DNA from: Schlesneria sp.
GTDB lineage: Bacteria; Planctomycetota; Planctomycetia; Planctomycetales; Planctomycetaceae
Assembly (NCBI GenBank): GCA_043757695.1
Contig: JAYVOX010000061.1
Span: forward strand, 1-35,401
Direction: 5' to 3'
Length of the DNA stretch: 35,401 bases
Below the pieces are notes generated by a model, which saw only the letters and a list, made by a program, of their open reading frames with translations, searched no databases and was not told the origin of the DNA. This document shows, piece after piece, positions 17,497 to 26,968 of this stretch. Position 1 is the first letter of the stretch. Each line of letters begins with the position of its first letter. Made by a program: the position numbers and the translations under genes.

Positions 17497-18879
17497 ATGG
17501 AGAGCAATTTGTATTCAAAGGTGTTTGCTATTCTTTCTGTGCGCGAGATCAGATCAAAACTGTTGCTTACGGTTGTTTTGCTAGCTGTTTACCGACTCGG
17601 TTTCAATATTGTTCTGTGCGTTGTTGATCAGAAAGTCTTAGCTGAAAGTTTGGCGAATAAAGGTGCGCAGGGCGGTGTTGATGGCGCGATTGCTCTCTTG
17701 TCTATGCTTTCTGCGTCAAATGTTGGGATGATGACGATATTCGGCCTAGGAATAATGCCGTACATTTCGGCGTCAATTATTTTTCAGTTGCTCGGGACGG
17801 TGTATCCTCCGCTTGAAGCCCTCCAGAAGGATGGCGATGCTGGGCGTAGGAAGATAAACGAGTACACGAGGTACGCTACGGTTGTGATTTGTTTGGTGCA
17901 AAGTTTTTTGTGGATTCGCATGTTTGCTGTGGGTGGTGATAGTAGCTTTGTACTTCCTGAGTTTCGTGGTTTTTATTTCCAATTCGTATCTGCCGTCACT
18001 ATGACTGTGGGGAGCGTTTTGTTGATGTGGATTGGCGAGCAGATTGATGAGTTTGGCTTGGGTAATGGAATAAGCCTGTTGATTATGTCAGGTATATTGT
18101 CGCGTGTGCCTGAGCTGTTTTTGTCGATAGTTCGCCCAGCAATTGCGAATGGCGTGATGGTCGGATCACAAAGCGGCGTGGATCGAATTTTGGTTCTTTT
18201 CGGGGTTTTTGTGACTGTCGTTGCCGGTGTGGTGTTCGTCACACAGGCTCAACGTAGAATTCAGATTCACAGTGCTCGGCACGCTGCGTCGAGGCATTCT
18301 GTTTCACAAATGCAGTTTTTGCCGTTGAAGATTAATCAATCGGGTGTTATGCCAGTTATTTTCGCGTCCAGTTTGATGGTGTTTCCGTTGATGTTGTTGA
18401 AGCAGGCGGTCGCATCTTCTTCAGGATTTCCTCGTATTCAAGTCGCGTTTTCCGTGCTCGACGGTGTTATGTCCGATACAAGTGGTCCGGTGTATAATGT
18501 TTTTTTTGTGGCATTGATTTTTTTCTTCTGTTTTTTTTGGTCAGCTATTAGTTTCAACCCAGTCGATGTCGCGAATAATCTTAGAGAGCATGGGAGTTTT
18601 GTTCCTGGGTATCGACCGGGTGCGAGGACTGCGTCGTATCTTGAGCAGGTGATTGCTAGACTTAATTTCATTGGAGCTTCGTTTTTAGCTACGGTAGCGA
18701 TTGTTCCTGTGTTGGTCATGAATTTTCTTGGCGTTGACTATTTGGTTGCAAGCTTTTTCGGCGGCACTAGTCTTTTGATCTGTGTGTCTGTCGTTATTGA
18801 TTTGGTTCAGAAGATCGATGGCTATGGTGTGGCCGCAGGCCATTCTGCGTTGCTTGGCTCAGCTGAGCGTGATTTTTAG
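17497..18879 (+). CDS. secY: Preprotein translocase subunit SecY
   Basis: IFGLGIMPYISASIIFQLL, WIGEQIDEFGLGNGISLLI, SGVMPVIFASS, PGYRPG, GGTSLLI. Confidence 0.98.
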   Translation: MESNLYSKVFAILSVREIRSKLLLTVVLLAVYRLGFNIVLCVVDQKVLAESLANKGAQGGVDGAIALLSMLSASNVGMMTIFGLGIMPYISASIIFQLLGTVYPPLEALQKDGDAGRRKINEYTRYATVVICLVQSFLWIRMFAVGGDSSFVLPEFRGFYFQFVSAVTMTVGSVLLMWIGEQIDEFGLGNGISLLIMSGILSRVPELFLSIVRPAIANGVMVGSQSGVDRILVLFGVFVTVVAGVVFVTQAQRRIQIHSARHAASRHSVSQMQFLPLKINQSGVMPVIFASSLMVFPLMLLKQAVASSSGFPRIQVAFSVLDGVMSDTSGPVYNVFFVALIFFFCFFWSAISFNPVDVANNLREHGSFVPGYRPGARTASYLEQVIARLNFIGASFLATVAIVPVLVMNFLGVDYLVASFFGGTSLLICVSVVIDLVQKIDGYGVAAGHSALLGSAERDF

Positions 18880-18897
18880 ATTCTTTGGAGTCCTATC

Positions 18898-19014
18898 GTG
18901 AAAGTGCGTTCGAGTATCCGTAGAATCTGCGAAGGGTGTAAGATCGTTCGCAGGCGCGGAAGATTGTTTGTGATTTGTGCTTTGAGTGCTCGCCATAAGC
19001 AGCGGCAGGGTTGA
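18898..19014 (+). CDS. rpmJ: 50S ribosomal protein L36 (bL36), zinc-ribbon type
   Basis: Hand translation [38 protein letters not shown]; GGAG RBS. Confidence 0.96.
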   Translation: MKVRSSIRRICEGCKIVRRRGRLFVICALSARHKQRQG

Positions 19015-19040
19015 TAATTATCTGCTCGAGGAGAAATTGA

Positions 19041-19427
19041 ATGCCGCGATTGTTGGGCGTAGACATTCCGAACGACAAGCCTGTTTACGTTGCTTTACAG
19101 TATTTGTATGGTGTTGGCGAGTTTCGCGGGTTTGATCTTTGTTTTCGTCTGGGAATAAATGCACATTCGCCCGCGAGGTCATTGTCAGAGGAGCAATTGT
19201 CCAAGATTGCGGCACTGCTTGACAAAGATTTCCTCGTGGAAGGTCAGCTGCGGAGGTCTGTTCAACAGTGTATTCTAAGACTCAAGGATATACAGTCGTA
19301 TCGGGGTAGCCGTCATCGCCGTGGCCTACCTGTGAGGGGGCAACGGACTCGTACAAATGCTAGGACGCGCAAGGGGATTAAGAAGACGGTTGCTGGCAAA
19401 AAGGGCGTTAAGGATATGAAGCACTGA
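19041..19427 (+). CDS. rpsM: 30S ribosomal protein S13 (uS13)
   Basis: RLLGVDIP, YRGSRHRRGLPVRGQRTRTNARTRKG. Confidence 0.98.
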   Translation: MPRLLGVDIPNDKPVYVALQYLYGVGEFRGFDLCFRLGINAHSPARSLSEEQLSKIAALLDKDFLVEGQLRRSVQQCILRLKDIQSYRGSRHRRGLPVRGQRTRTNARTRKGIKKTVAGKKGVKDMKH

Positions 19428-19451
19428 TTACGGTAATGCTTGGAGGTTAGT

Positions 19452-19832
19452 GTGGCAAAAGTTAAAAAGCGAAAATTGCGTCGGAATGTTCCGCGCGGAA
19501 TTGCTCATATTAGGGCGAGTTTCAACAATACAATTGTCACCATTACGGATCCGTCAGGTGATGTTCTGTGTTGGGCAACTGCTGGTACCGTAGGTTTTAA
19601 GGGCAGTCGCAAGAGTACTCCTTTCGCGGCACAGCGGGCAGCTGAGACTTGCTCTGAGAGGGCATCGAAGTTTGGACTTCGCGAGCTAGAAGTACGCGTT
19701 AAGGGGCCTGGTTCTGGCCGTGAAAGTGCAATCACCGGTTTGCAGTCCTCTGGTGTTCAAGTCCGTGTTATTGAGGATGTCACTCCATTACCTCACAATG
19801 GATGCCGCCCTCGCAAGCGTCGTCGTGTTTGA
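19452..19832 (+). CDS. rpsK: 30S ribosomal protein S11 (uS11)
   Basis: [39 protein letters not shown]; GGAGG RBS before GTG 19452. Confidence 0.98.
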   Translation: MAKVKKRKLRRNVPRGIAHIRASFNNTIVTITDPSGDVLCWATAGTVGFKGSRKSTPFAAQRAAETCSERASKFGLRELEVRVKGPGSGRESAITGLQSSGVQVRVIEDVTPLPHNGCRPRKRRRV

Positions 19833-19859
19833 AATTGTCCTTTTTGTGGCGGCAGTTAG

Positions 19860-20873
19860 ATGCGTATTCGATGGCGTGGGTTAGAATTGCCTAGTCGCGT
19901 GATTCTTGAAGAATCGTCCGGTGGTGTTTATGGGAAGTTTGTGGTTGAACCGTTTGAGTACGGATTTGGGTCTACTGTTGGGAATTCTTTGCGTCGGATA
20001 CTGCTTTCTAGTTTGGAGGGCAGTGCAGTAACTCGGTTGAGGCTTCATGGCGCGCAACATGAATTTACTTCACTTCCGGGTGTGGTTGAGGATGTTACTG
20101 AGATATGCCTTAATGTGAAGTCGCTTGTTGTTCGAAGTCGCACAGCTTCGCCGCGTGTGCTACGCATCTCAAGGAATGAGCGGGGTGTCGTAACCGCTAA
20201 GGATATCATCCCTGATGAGCTTGTAGATGTGGTTAACAAGGATCTGGTTATTGCGACAGTTACGGACGATGTACCATTTCAGATTGAGATGCATGTCGAG
20301 AGCGGCAGGGGTTATTCGCCGGCCAGTGAGCGTATGGGTTCTGAGCAAGAGGTCGGGGTGATTCCGCTAGATGCCGTGTATTCTCCAGTTCTTCGTGTTA
20401 GATATAAGGTTGAAGAGACTCGAGTTGGTCAGAGGACTAATTTCGATAGGCTTGTGTTGGAGATTTGGACTGATGGCACTATTGGTCCTGAGAGTGCTTT
20501 AGTTGAGTCCGCTAAAATTCTTAGGAAGCATCTTAACCCTTTCATTTACTATCGTGAATCTGGGACTGTCGTATCGCCAGATGGTGGCCTCAGGAATATG
20601 GTTGATGCAACCGGGTATTCTCCTGTTGATTTGGAGCTTGAACAGAAGCTCTCGCAGAGCTTAGCGGAGTTGAATCTGTCCGTACGGGCGACAAATTGTT
20701 TGGAGTCTGAAGGAATTAACAGTGTTCGGGATTTGGTGTCCCGCACTGAGGATCAGTTGTTGCAGGTCAGGAATTTTGGTGAGACGACGTTGGTGGAAGT
20801 TACTGAGCGGTTGAACGGATTAGGTCTACGTCTCGGTATGCGGTTGCCTCAGGCTGGTCCGAAGCGAGTGTAG
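19860..20873 (+). CDS. rpoA: DNA-directed RNA polymerase subunit alpha
   Basis: [51 protein letters not shown]. Confidence 0.98.
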   Translation: MRIRWRGLELPSRVILEESSGGVYGKFVVEPFEYGFGSTVGNSLRRILLSSLEGSAVTRLRLHGAQHEFTSLPGVVEDVTEICLNVKSLVVRSRTASPRVLRISRNERGVVTAKDIIPDELVDVVNKDLVIATVTDDVPFQIEMHVESGRGYSPASERMGSEQEVGVIPLDAVYSPVLRVRYKVEETRVGQRTNFDRLVLEIWTDGTIGPESALVESAKILRKHLNPFIYYRESGTVVSPDGGLRNMVDATGYSPVDLELEQKLSQSLAELNLSVRATNCLESEGINSVRDLVSRTEDQLLQVRNFGETTLVEVTERLNGLGLRLGMRLPQAGPKRV

Positions 20874-20910
20874 AATGATTGAATAATATTGACTCTGGAG
20901 TTTTTTTCAA

Positions 20911-21420
20911 ATGAGGCATCGCGTCAAGGGTAAAAAGCTAAACAGGAACGCTTCGCACCGAAAGGCGATGTTTAGAAACATTGTGTTGGGTTTGCTTCGC
21001 GAGTGTTCGTCGAATTCGAATGAATTGACGGGCTGTCGCATAGTTACCACAATTGCGAAGGCGAAGGCGGCGCGGTCGTTTGTTGATCGCTTGATCACGC
21101 TTGCAAAACGAGCTGCTGTCGTAATGGCCTCGGTCCCAGCTACACCTGGGCGTTATACGCCAGAGTGGCAGTCATGGCGCAACTCTCCTGAGTGGGTGGC
21201 TTGGGTGAATAAGGTTTCTCCTGCGGTTTATTTGCGCCGTAGGGCATTCGCTGTGCTTCGCAGTGATGCAGCTGTTAGGGTTCTTTTTCAAGATTTGGCC
21301 CCTCGATTCTCGGGTAGAAGCGGTGGCTATACCAGAGTCGTGCGTCTTCCGTCGCACCGAATCGGTGACGCGTCTAGGTTGGCCATTTTGGAGCTTAGCG
21401 ACACATCGCCGCGCGTCTGA
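20911..21420 (+). CDS. rplQ: 50S ribosomal protein L17 (bL17)
   Basis: MRHRVKGKKLNRNASHRKAM, IVTTIAKAK, GGYTRVVRL..RIGD; Trp-rich internal insertion. Confidence 0.97.
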   Translation: MRHRVKGKKLNRNASHRKAMFRNIVLGLLRECSSNSNELTGCRIVTTIAKAKAARSFVDRLITLAKRAAVVMASVPATPGRYTPEWQSWRNSPEWVAWVNKVSPAVYLRRRAFAVLRSDAAVRVLFQDLAPRFSGRSGGYTRVVRLPSHRIGDASRLAILELSDTSPRV

Positions 21421-21664
21421 GTTTGTCCGATATCTTGGACTCGCGCATTGATAATTGGTGGCATCAATCGGATGAACGATTTGAGGCGAGTGCCGTGAGG
21501 CTGCGATTTTCGTCAGACGACCTGGGCTTATATTACCCGGTTGTTCAGAACTCGACAGTAGTTGATGCGCCGATTCGTAGCGGGTTTATGGCCGATCGTC
21601 CGACTCGATGCCTGTTGATGCGAGGTTGAAAGTAGGTTTTACCGCGTTCATCGGGTTCCAGTTG

Positions 21665-22174
21665 CTAGTGGCAACTGATTCGCGTCTGCGGGATGATTGT
21701 TCCGGTGGGGACGTTCATTGGAGCGCAGTCCGCTTGGCACTGGTCGCACAATCTTTCCAAGAGCCATGTGTAGTTCGGCATGGTCTTTGTGAGCGTCTTC
21801 TCCGTGAGGATTTGCTTGGTGTTAACGTGGGCGCAGTCACTCGCGCACCACTGGCTCCAACTGATCTTCTTCGGCTGAGTACAAGGTGCCTTGGAATCAC
21901 TGGGCTCATTGCAGACCGACTCTACGTGCTCGCAGCCGGGGCGGCTCGGGCCGGGAACACAAAAGTCTTCCTCTTTGCAGCTCCAGCACGTGACCGTGAC
22001 TTTCTTCTGTTCGCAGACCAGCCGACACGTCTTCCGGATGGGAGCGTCGTGGCAACCGCAGTTCACGCAACAACGCTCGTAGGCGAAGCCTTGTGGAGTC
22101 GTGAGCAACAACGTGATCGCGAGCGGCTGCGCTCTATTGAGTGTCGCGTTGCGGCGAGTCAAATGAGTTTTCAC
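21665..22174 (-). CDS. Cys-rich secreted hypothetical protein
   Basis: Signal-like N-terminus then CCVNCGC...KTCRLVCEQKKVTVTCWSCKEEDFCVPGPS; lies directly downstream of the porin gene. Confidence 0.7.
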   Translation of the reverse strand: MKTHLTRRNATLNRAQPLAITLLLTTPQGFAYERCCVNCGCHDAPIRKTCRLVCEQKKVTVTCWSCKEEDFCVPGPSRPGCEHVESVCNEPSDSKAPCTQPKKISWSQWCASDCAHVNTKQILTEKTLTKTMPNYTWLLERLCDQCQADCAPMNVPTGTIIPQTRISCH

Positions 22175-22190
22175 GGTGTCCTTTCTCTCA

Positions 22191-23712
22191 CTACCAATTG
22201 AAGTCGAAGCGCGTGGCCAACAAGTCGGAGTTCATGCTGCCGAATGTCGTCTGGCCACTCGTCACCGGATGAATCCAATCGAGCATCACCCGCACGCGAT
22301 CCGACCAATACCAATTGCAGCCGACCGTCAGATCGTTGTACTCGCCGTGGCCGCCGCCGCTGAGGTTCAGGTTGGACCAGCGAGCCTTAGCCTCCAATGC
22401 GCCGAGGCCATGTCCACCCGGGGTCGCAAACACGTTCGTGTACGACACGTTCCTTCCGAACTGAGCACCATGTTGACCGAACCGCTCGAACAGGCGGTTC
22501 TCTCCGGTGAAGAAGTAGCTGACATGCGCATACGCACCGCGGACTTGTTTCGCGTCACCCGCCAGAATGTTGACGTTCGAGAGATAAGCTTCTGACTGAA
22601 ACGAGAACGGTCCCCAGACGACGGCCATTTCGAAATTCCCGGTCGTATACGAACTGGCGTTGAGCCCACCGCTATCGACCAGACGCAGGTCTTCGTGAAC
22701 CTGTGGCGGGGCACGAAAACGAACGCGGTCATCTTGATCGTCCGTGTGAAGAATGCCCGCTCCCGTGTGGACCAGATAACGACCATTAGAAGGCTCATCG
22801 TAATACGGAAGCCAAGTCGTGCGACCGCTTAGCCGATATCCCTGTCGATCGTCAATTCGTTCCTTGAGGCCCTCGCTGATACTGTCGAAGAAGGCTCCCG
22901 TGGTCCAAGTGAGGCGTTGATCGGTGGAACAGTTGTAAAAGGCGACGCCTACTTCGCGATCCGCAGTGAAGACTCACTGCGTGGGTATCGAGCGTTCCAT
23001 AAAGATGTTGTTGGTTTCATTGGTCACTTGTTCGAGACCGAACGGGACGAAGAAATTTCCGATCCGCATCTGACCCAGCCACGGTAACTCATTGATCGAG
23101 AAGTAGGCGTCCTTCACATCGGGAGACGTAACCGTTCCGGGAGGACTTTCCCCCCACCGTTTCGGGCTCCAACGTCATCTGCAATCGAAAGTCATAGACG
23201 CCGTAGCCCGTCCCCTCCGCAGTCAGGCGGAGACGACGGAACTCGAAGTAATCTTTAGTCCCCGGCGTGGCCGCCGGACCCGTGATCGCGTGGTCGGGAT
23301 TGAGCCAGTTGACGTAGTCCATCTGGGCGTGCCCACCCATTTTGACGGTCTACTTGTCGGTAGACATGTCCAATCAATCGTCGATCTTGCGAGCGTCTTC
23401 TTCCTTCTTGGCCAGATCATCAGCCACCTTCTTCGCCTCGCGAGCCGTTCGCTTTTGTTCTGCTCGTTCTAGCTCATTGAGGCGGCGACGGAGCATCGAC
23501 AATTCTGAACTCGAATCGAGCGGCATCCTGCGATGCGGCAACTTCCGCCGATGAGTCGTCCTGGTCAATGCCATCGTGACTGCCGACGAGCCGTTCACCA
23601 AACGCTGTCCGTCGAGATTCAATGTCCTCACCGACAGCGACGGAACAGACCAGAACAGCGACGACAAACACGTTGTGATCCAAGGTGTTGCCACGCGTGC
23701 CACTCGAATCAT
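22191..23712 (-). pseudogene. OprO/OprP-like phosphate-selective porin, pseudogene
   Basis: FEFRRLRL, VKDAY, GNFFVPFGLEQ, FMERS, YFFTGE, GCNWY, C-terminal RFDFNW. Stops at 23374, 23350 and 22974, and a frameshift at the C6 run near 23150. Confidence 0.88.
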
Positions 23713-24053
23713 GCTGCAATGACAGAAGAACATCACTCCGCGCCTCCCTGCGCGAATCACCGCGAAATCGCCATTGGGAAGGCGGGTCGCTCGTGGCATT
23801 CATCCCAGGCAACCTACTGCCGGTTCGCGCCAGATCATCTCATAATGACTTCAACGCCACTGTGATCGACAGAACCCGTCGCCTTGGTCGAGGCCAAGCG
23901 ACATAATCGGTCCAGCTTCACATGCTCACCGAGCAAGCTACTGGATCACGCATACGTGCTGGCCGGTAAAACCTACCCGACATCGACTTCGGCGACGAAG
24001 CCGAACTTGCGTTGCTCGCGAATTTATACCTCGCGCGGTCCAAAACCAGTCGT

Positions 24054-24140
24054 TTCACCGCGTTAGCCACGCCCCTCGCGTGAGTGACGTTCGAGCCTGT
24101 TTCTCCGACCAACGCGTAGGGGCGTGGCTAACGCGGTGAA
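24054..24140. repeat. REP-like inverted repeat, 23-bp perfect arms
   Basis: ttcaccgcgttagccacgcccct (24054-24076) / aggggcgtggctaacgcggtgaa (24118-24140). Confidence 0.85.
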
Positions 24141-24448
24141 TTGACGCGGCTTTGCCGCAACCGAATTGGGGAAGAGTTTTGGAAAAGCATTGCTCGCCGT
24201 GTCGGGCTGGGGTTGTTCAGAACTTGGACCTTCTTCAGTTCAATAGGGTGCATCTGTATCACGATTTTCATCACGTTCGGTTAGGGCTGATGCACGTGCG
24301 GTTGCAGACGTGGTTCCGGTTCTCGAGGCAGGTCTGTTTGAACGGGCGCGAGTAGCTCATTCGCGACCTGACCAGTTTCGTAGACTGTGTCGGTCATCTT
24401 CGGCAGCTTGCCGGTTTGAGTGACGCTTCCGACAAAAGCCCATGCTCA

Positions 24449-24524
24449 ACGTGGGGCAGATTTGTAATCTGCCCGAATCCAAGTAAAACCCACGAAACGG
24501 GCAGATTACAAATCTGCCCCACGT
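24449..24524. repeat. REP-like inverted pair, 27-bp perfect arms
   Basis: acgtggggcagatttgtaatctgcccg / cgggcagattacaaatctgccccacgt; each arm is itself a hairpin. Confidence 0.88.
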
Positions 24525-24587
24525 GACTTTTATCGGAAACGTCATGATTGCGTCAAAACGATCGAGGACATCAAAACGAAAGGGAAC

Positions 24588-24914
24588 TTGATGAAAGCTG
24601 ATTTCAAAACGGGAGCATTGTGGTTGATGGCTGGTGCGTTGTTGATGTGGTTGGTTCAGCCAGAGGATTTGGTTCGTCCGGCCTCTGCACAATTGAGTGG
24701 GCCAGCCGCCGCCCGTGTGGAGTTGGAATACAACTCACAGACTGTTGAGGCCGCTTCGATTCAGACCAAATTGATCGAACTCGGGACGGGTGGCTGGGAG
24801 GTCTTCTCGGTCACGAGTACCGATGCGGTGGTCGAATCTCCGGGGGCTGATGGCCGGCCGCATGTGATCTCTCAACGGTTTGAAGTCACGGCGAAGCGCA
24901 CCAAGAAAAGATAG
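24588..24914 (+). CDS. Small exported hypothetical protein (DUF4177-like ending)
   Basis: Hydrophobic N-terminus ending ASA; LIELGTGGWEVFSV motif. Confidence 0.65.
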   Translation: MMKADFKTGALWLMAGALLMWLVQPEDLVRPASAQLSGPAAARVELEYNSQTVEAASIQTKLIELGTGGWEVFSVTSTDAVVESPGADGRPHVISQRFEVTAKRTKKR

Positions 24915-24920
24915 GCCCCG

Positions 24921-25670
24921 ATGTATTCGATCCTCATCAAGCTGGCCAATCCGTTTTTGCTGACGATGCTCGCGCTGGGCGTGATGCTGGTCGTGAGATG
25001 GCGGCGACGCGAGCATCGCGGTTGGTGGTTGGCCTGCGTCACCGGACTGTATCTCATGCTGTATGTGTATTGTCTTCCGGCGACCTCGTACTTCGTGTGC
25101 GGGTCGCTCGAATGGCAGTTGCGGCGTGTGACTGATCGGCCCGAAGGTGTTCAGGCGATCATCGTGCTCGGGGGCGGAATCGTTCCGTCGCCGCACGAAG
25201 GCGTGACGACGCGGCTGGCCGATGGCTCGCTGTGGCGCTGCCACAAAACGGAAGAGCTGTATCACGCGGGACCGTCGTGTCTGGTCTTCGTGATCGGCGG
25301 CAACCCCGATGGGACGCGCGGTGAAGATGTGTCGAAGGTGATGGCGGGAGTCCTCGAACAGCTTGGCGTCGCGAAAGAGGATTTGATCGTCGAGTCCACG
25401 AGTCGCAACACGCAGGAGAATGCTCAAGCGGCGGTCGAACTGCTCAAAGCCGACCATATCACGAAGGCGCTGCTGGTGACCAGTTCGTTGCATCTGGCTC
25501 GTGCGACGCGGCTGTTTCGCGAACAGGGGATCGAAGTCATTCCAATCGGGTGCGACTATCTGACCGATCACTTCGAGTGGGGGCGTTTCGCGTTCCTGCC
25601 GAGTACTCGTGCGGCTCAATCGACGACGGAAGGCTTTCGCGAGTGGATGAGTACGCTGGCCTCACGGTGA
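24921..25670 (+). CDS. YdcF/DUF218 (ElyC/SanA-like) membrane protein
   Basis: Two N-terminal TM segments, AIIVLGGG, ESTSRNTQENA, LLVTSSLHLARA. Confidence 0.92.
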   Translation: MYSILIKLANPFLLTMLALGVMLVVRWRRREHRGWWLACVTGLYLMLYVYCLPATSYFVCGSLEWQLRRVTDRPEGVQAIIVLGGGIVPSPHEGVTTRLADGSLWRCHKTEELYHAGPSCLVFVIGGNPDGTRGEDVSKVMAGVLEQLGVAKEDLIVESTSRNTQENAQAAVELLKADHITKALLVTSSLHLARATRLFREQGIEVIPIGCDYLTDHFEWGRFAFLPSTRAAQSTTEGFREWMSTLASR

Positions 25671-25708
25671 GTGAGGCGAGTGGCCGGGATTGTCGTACCG
25701 CACTCCAT

Positions 25709-25736
25709 GTAGGATGGGCACTCTTGCCCATCCTAC
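25709..25736. repeat. GTAG-type REP hairpin between convergent genes (possible terminator)
   Basis: gtaggatgggca-ctct-tgcccatcctac, perfect 12-bp stem. Confidence 0.8.
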
Positions 25737-25762
25737 GGGGGCGCTCGCCCCATCTCGCGTTT

Positions 25763-26857
25763 TTACAGGATCAACATCGCGTCGCCGTAGCTGAAGAAGC
25801 GGTACTGTTCGGCGATGGCGGCTCGATAGGCCTCACGGATGAAGTCGGCTCCTGCCAAGGCACTGACCAGTATCAGCAGCGTGGACTTCGGCAGATGAAA
25901 ATTCGTCAACAGGGCATCGACGATTTGGAACTGATGCGGCGGTCGGATGAACAGTCGCGTCTCACCGCTCCACGGGTGAAGGCGGTTGTCACGACGAACA
26001 CTGTCAGGATGAGCTTCGTGCGGTAAACCGCGCAGCATGGCCGATTCGAGCGTGCGCAGACTGGTCGTGCCGACGGCCACGACGCGACCGTGTTGAGCGC
26101 GTGTCGCCGCGAGTTGCTCTGCCGTTGCCGCCGGTAGTTCGCACCATTCGGAGTGCATTGGGTGATCGGCTAGGTTTTCCACAGCGACGGGCCGGAACGT
26201 ACCGAGGCCGACATGCAACGTGACTTCGGCGCGTTTGATGCCTCGTGCTGAACAGGCATCTAGTAGTGACGGCGTGAAATGCAGACCAGCCGTCGGCGCG
26301 GCGACCGAACCGGGCTGGCTGGCGTAGACGGTTTGATACCGCTCCCAATCGTTAGCCTCGGGCGTCTGACGGTCGAAGTAGGGCGGCAGGGGCAGCGTGC
26401 CGAATCGGGCGAGCAACTCGATCGCCGTACCGGGCAACGATGGTTGGAAAACGAAGATGCCGTCGGACTCGCGGCCGATCAGTTTGAGAGACAACTCGGC
26501 ACCGTGGGGGCCGGTCACAACAACCGCCTCATCCGGCTGGAGGTATCCGCGCGTCTGGCAGATCAATTTCCATCGGCCCTCAGCGTCGCTCCGCAAATAC
26601 AGTCCTTCCCACTTGCCGCCGGTGGCCGCACGCCGACCGAGGAGCCGCGCGGGAAGGACGCGCGTGTTGTTGAAGACGAGGCAATCTCCCGAGGCCAGCA
26701 GATTCGGCAGGTCGCGAATCCAACGATGCTCGATCCGCTGCGATTGGCGATTCAGAACCATCAAGCGCGAGGCGTCTCGCTCGGGCAACGGCTCTTTCGC
26801 GATCAGAGACTCGGGGAGCGTATAGTCGTAGGCCGATAATTGGTCGAGGTTCAGCAC
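25763..26857 (-). CDS. queA: S-adenosylmethionine:tRNA ribosyltransferase-isomerase
   Basis: YDYTLPESLIA, NNTRVLPARL, YQTVYA..GSVAAPTAGLHF, TLHVGLGTF, TNFHLPKSTL, YRFFSYGDAM. Confidence 0.98.
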   Translation of the reverse strand: MLNLDQLSAYDYTLPESLIAKEPLPERDASRLMVLNRQSQRIEHRWIRDLPNLLASGDCLVFNNTRVLPARLLGRRAATGGKWEGLYLRSDAEGRWKLICQTRGYLQPDEAVVVTGPHGAELSLKLIGRESDGIFVFQPSLPGTAIELLARFGTLPLPPYFDRQTPEANDWERYQTVYASQPGSVAAPTAGLHFTPSLLDACSARGIKRAEVTLHVGLGTFRPVAVENLADHPMHSEWCELPAATAEQLAATRAQHGRVVAVGTTSLRTLESAMLRGLPHEAHPDSVRRDNRLHPWSGETRLFIRPPHQFQIVDALLTNFHLPKSTLLILVSALAGADFIREAYRAAIAEQYRFFSYGDAMLIL

Positions 26858-26968
26858 GGGGTAGCTCGTGTGCGAGAGTGCGGGGCGACTCGTCTGTGAG
26901 AGTGCGGGTTGGCGGATCGGTCACGCGCAGCGACAAGGTAGAAGGTCACGCTTCACAGGGAAACCCAG

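Noticed and set aside
14997-19014. The divergent operon as a zinc-starvation alternative ribosome set
   Set aside because: uS14 and bL36 both keep their Cys zinc ligands, the opposite of Zn-free paralogues.
17040-19860. Absence of rpmD (uL30) and rpsD from the cluster
   Set aside because: Both are frequently absent or relocated in many bacterial lineages, so this is not distinctive on its own.
8934-21420. Alternative genetic code or pseudogenised operon
   Set aside because: All genes translate full-length in code 11, and TAA, TAG and TGA are all used as true stops at expected positions.
23860-24050. PVALVEAKRH, reminiscent of a restriction-nuclease motif
   Set aside because: The match is too short, and there is no start, RBS or further motif to support a call.
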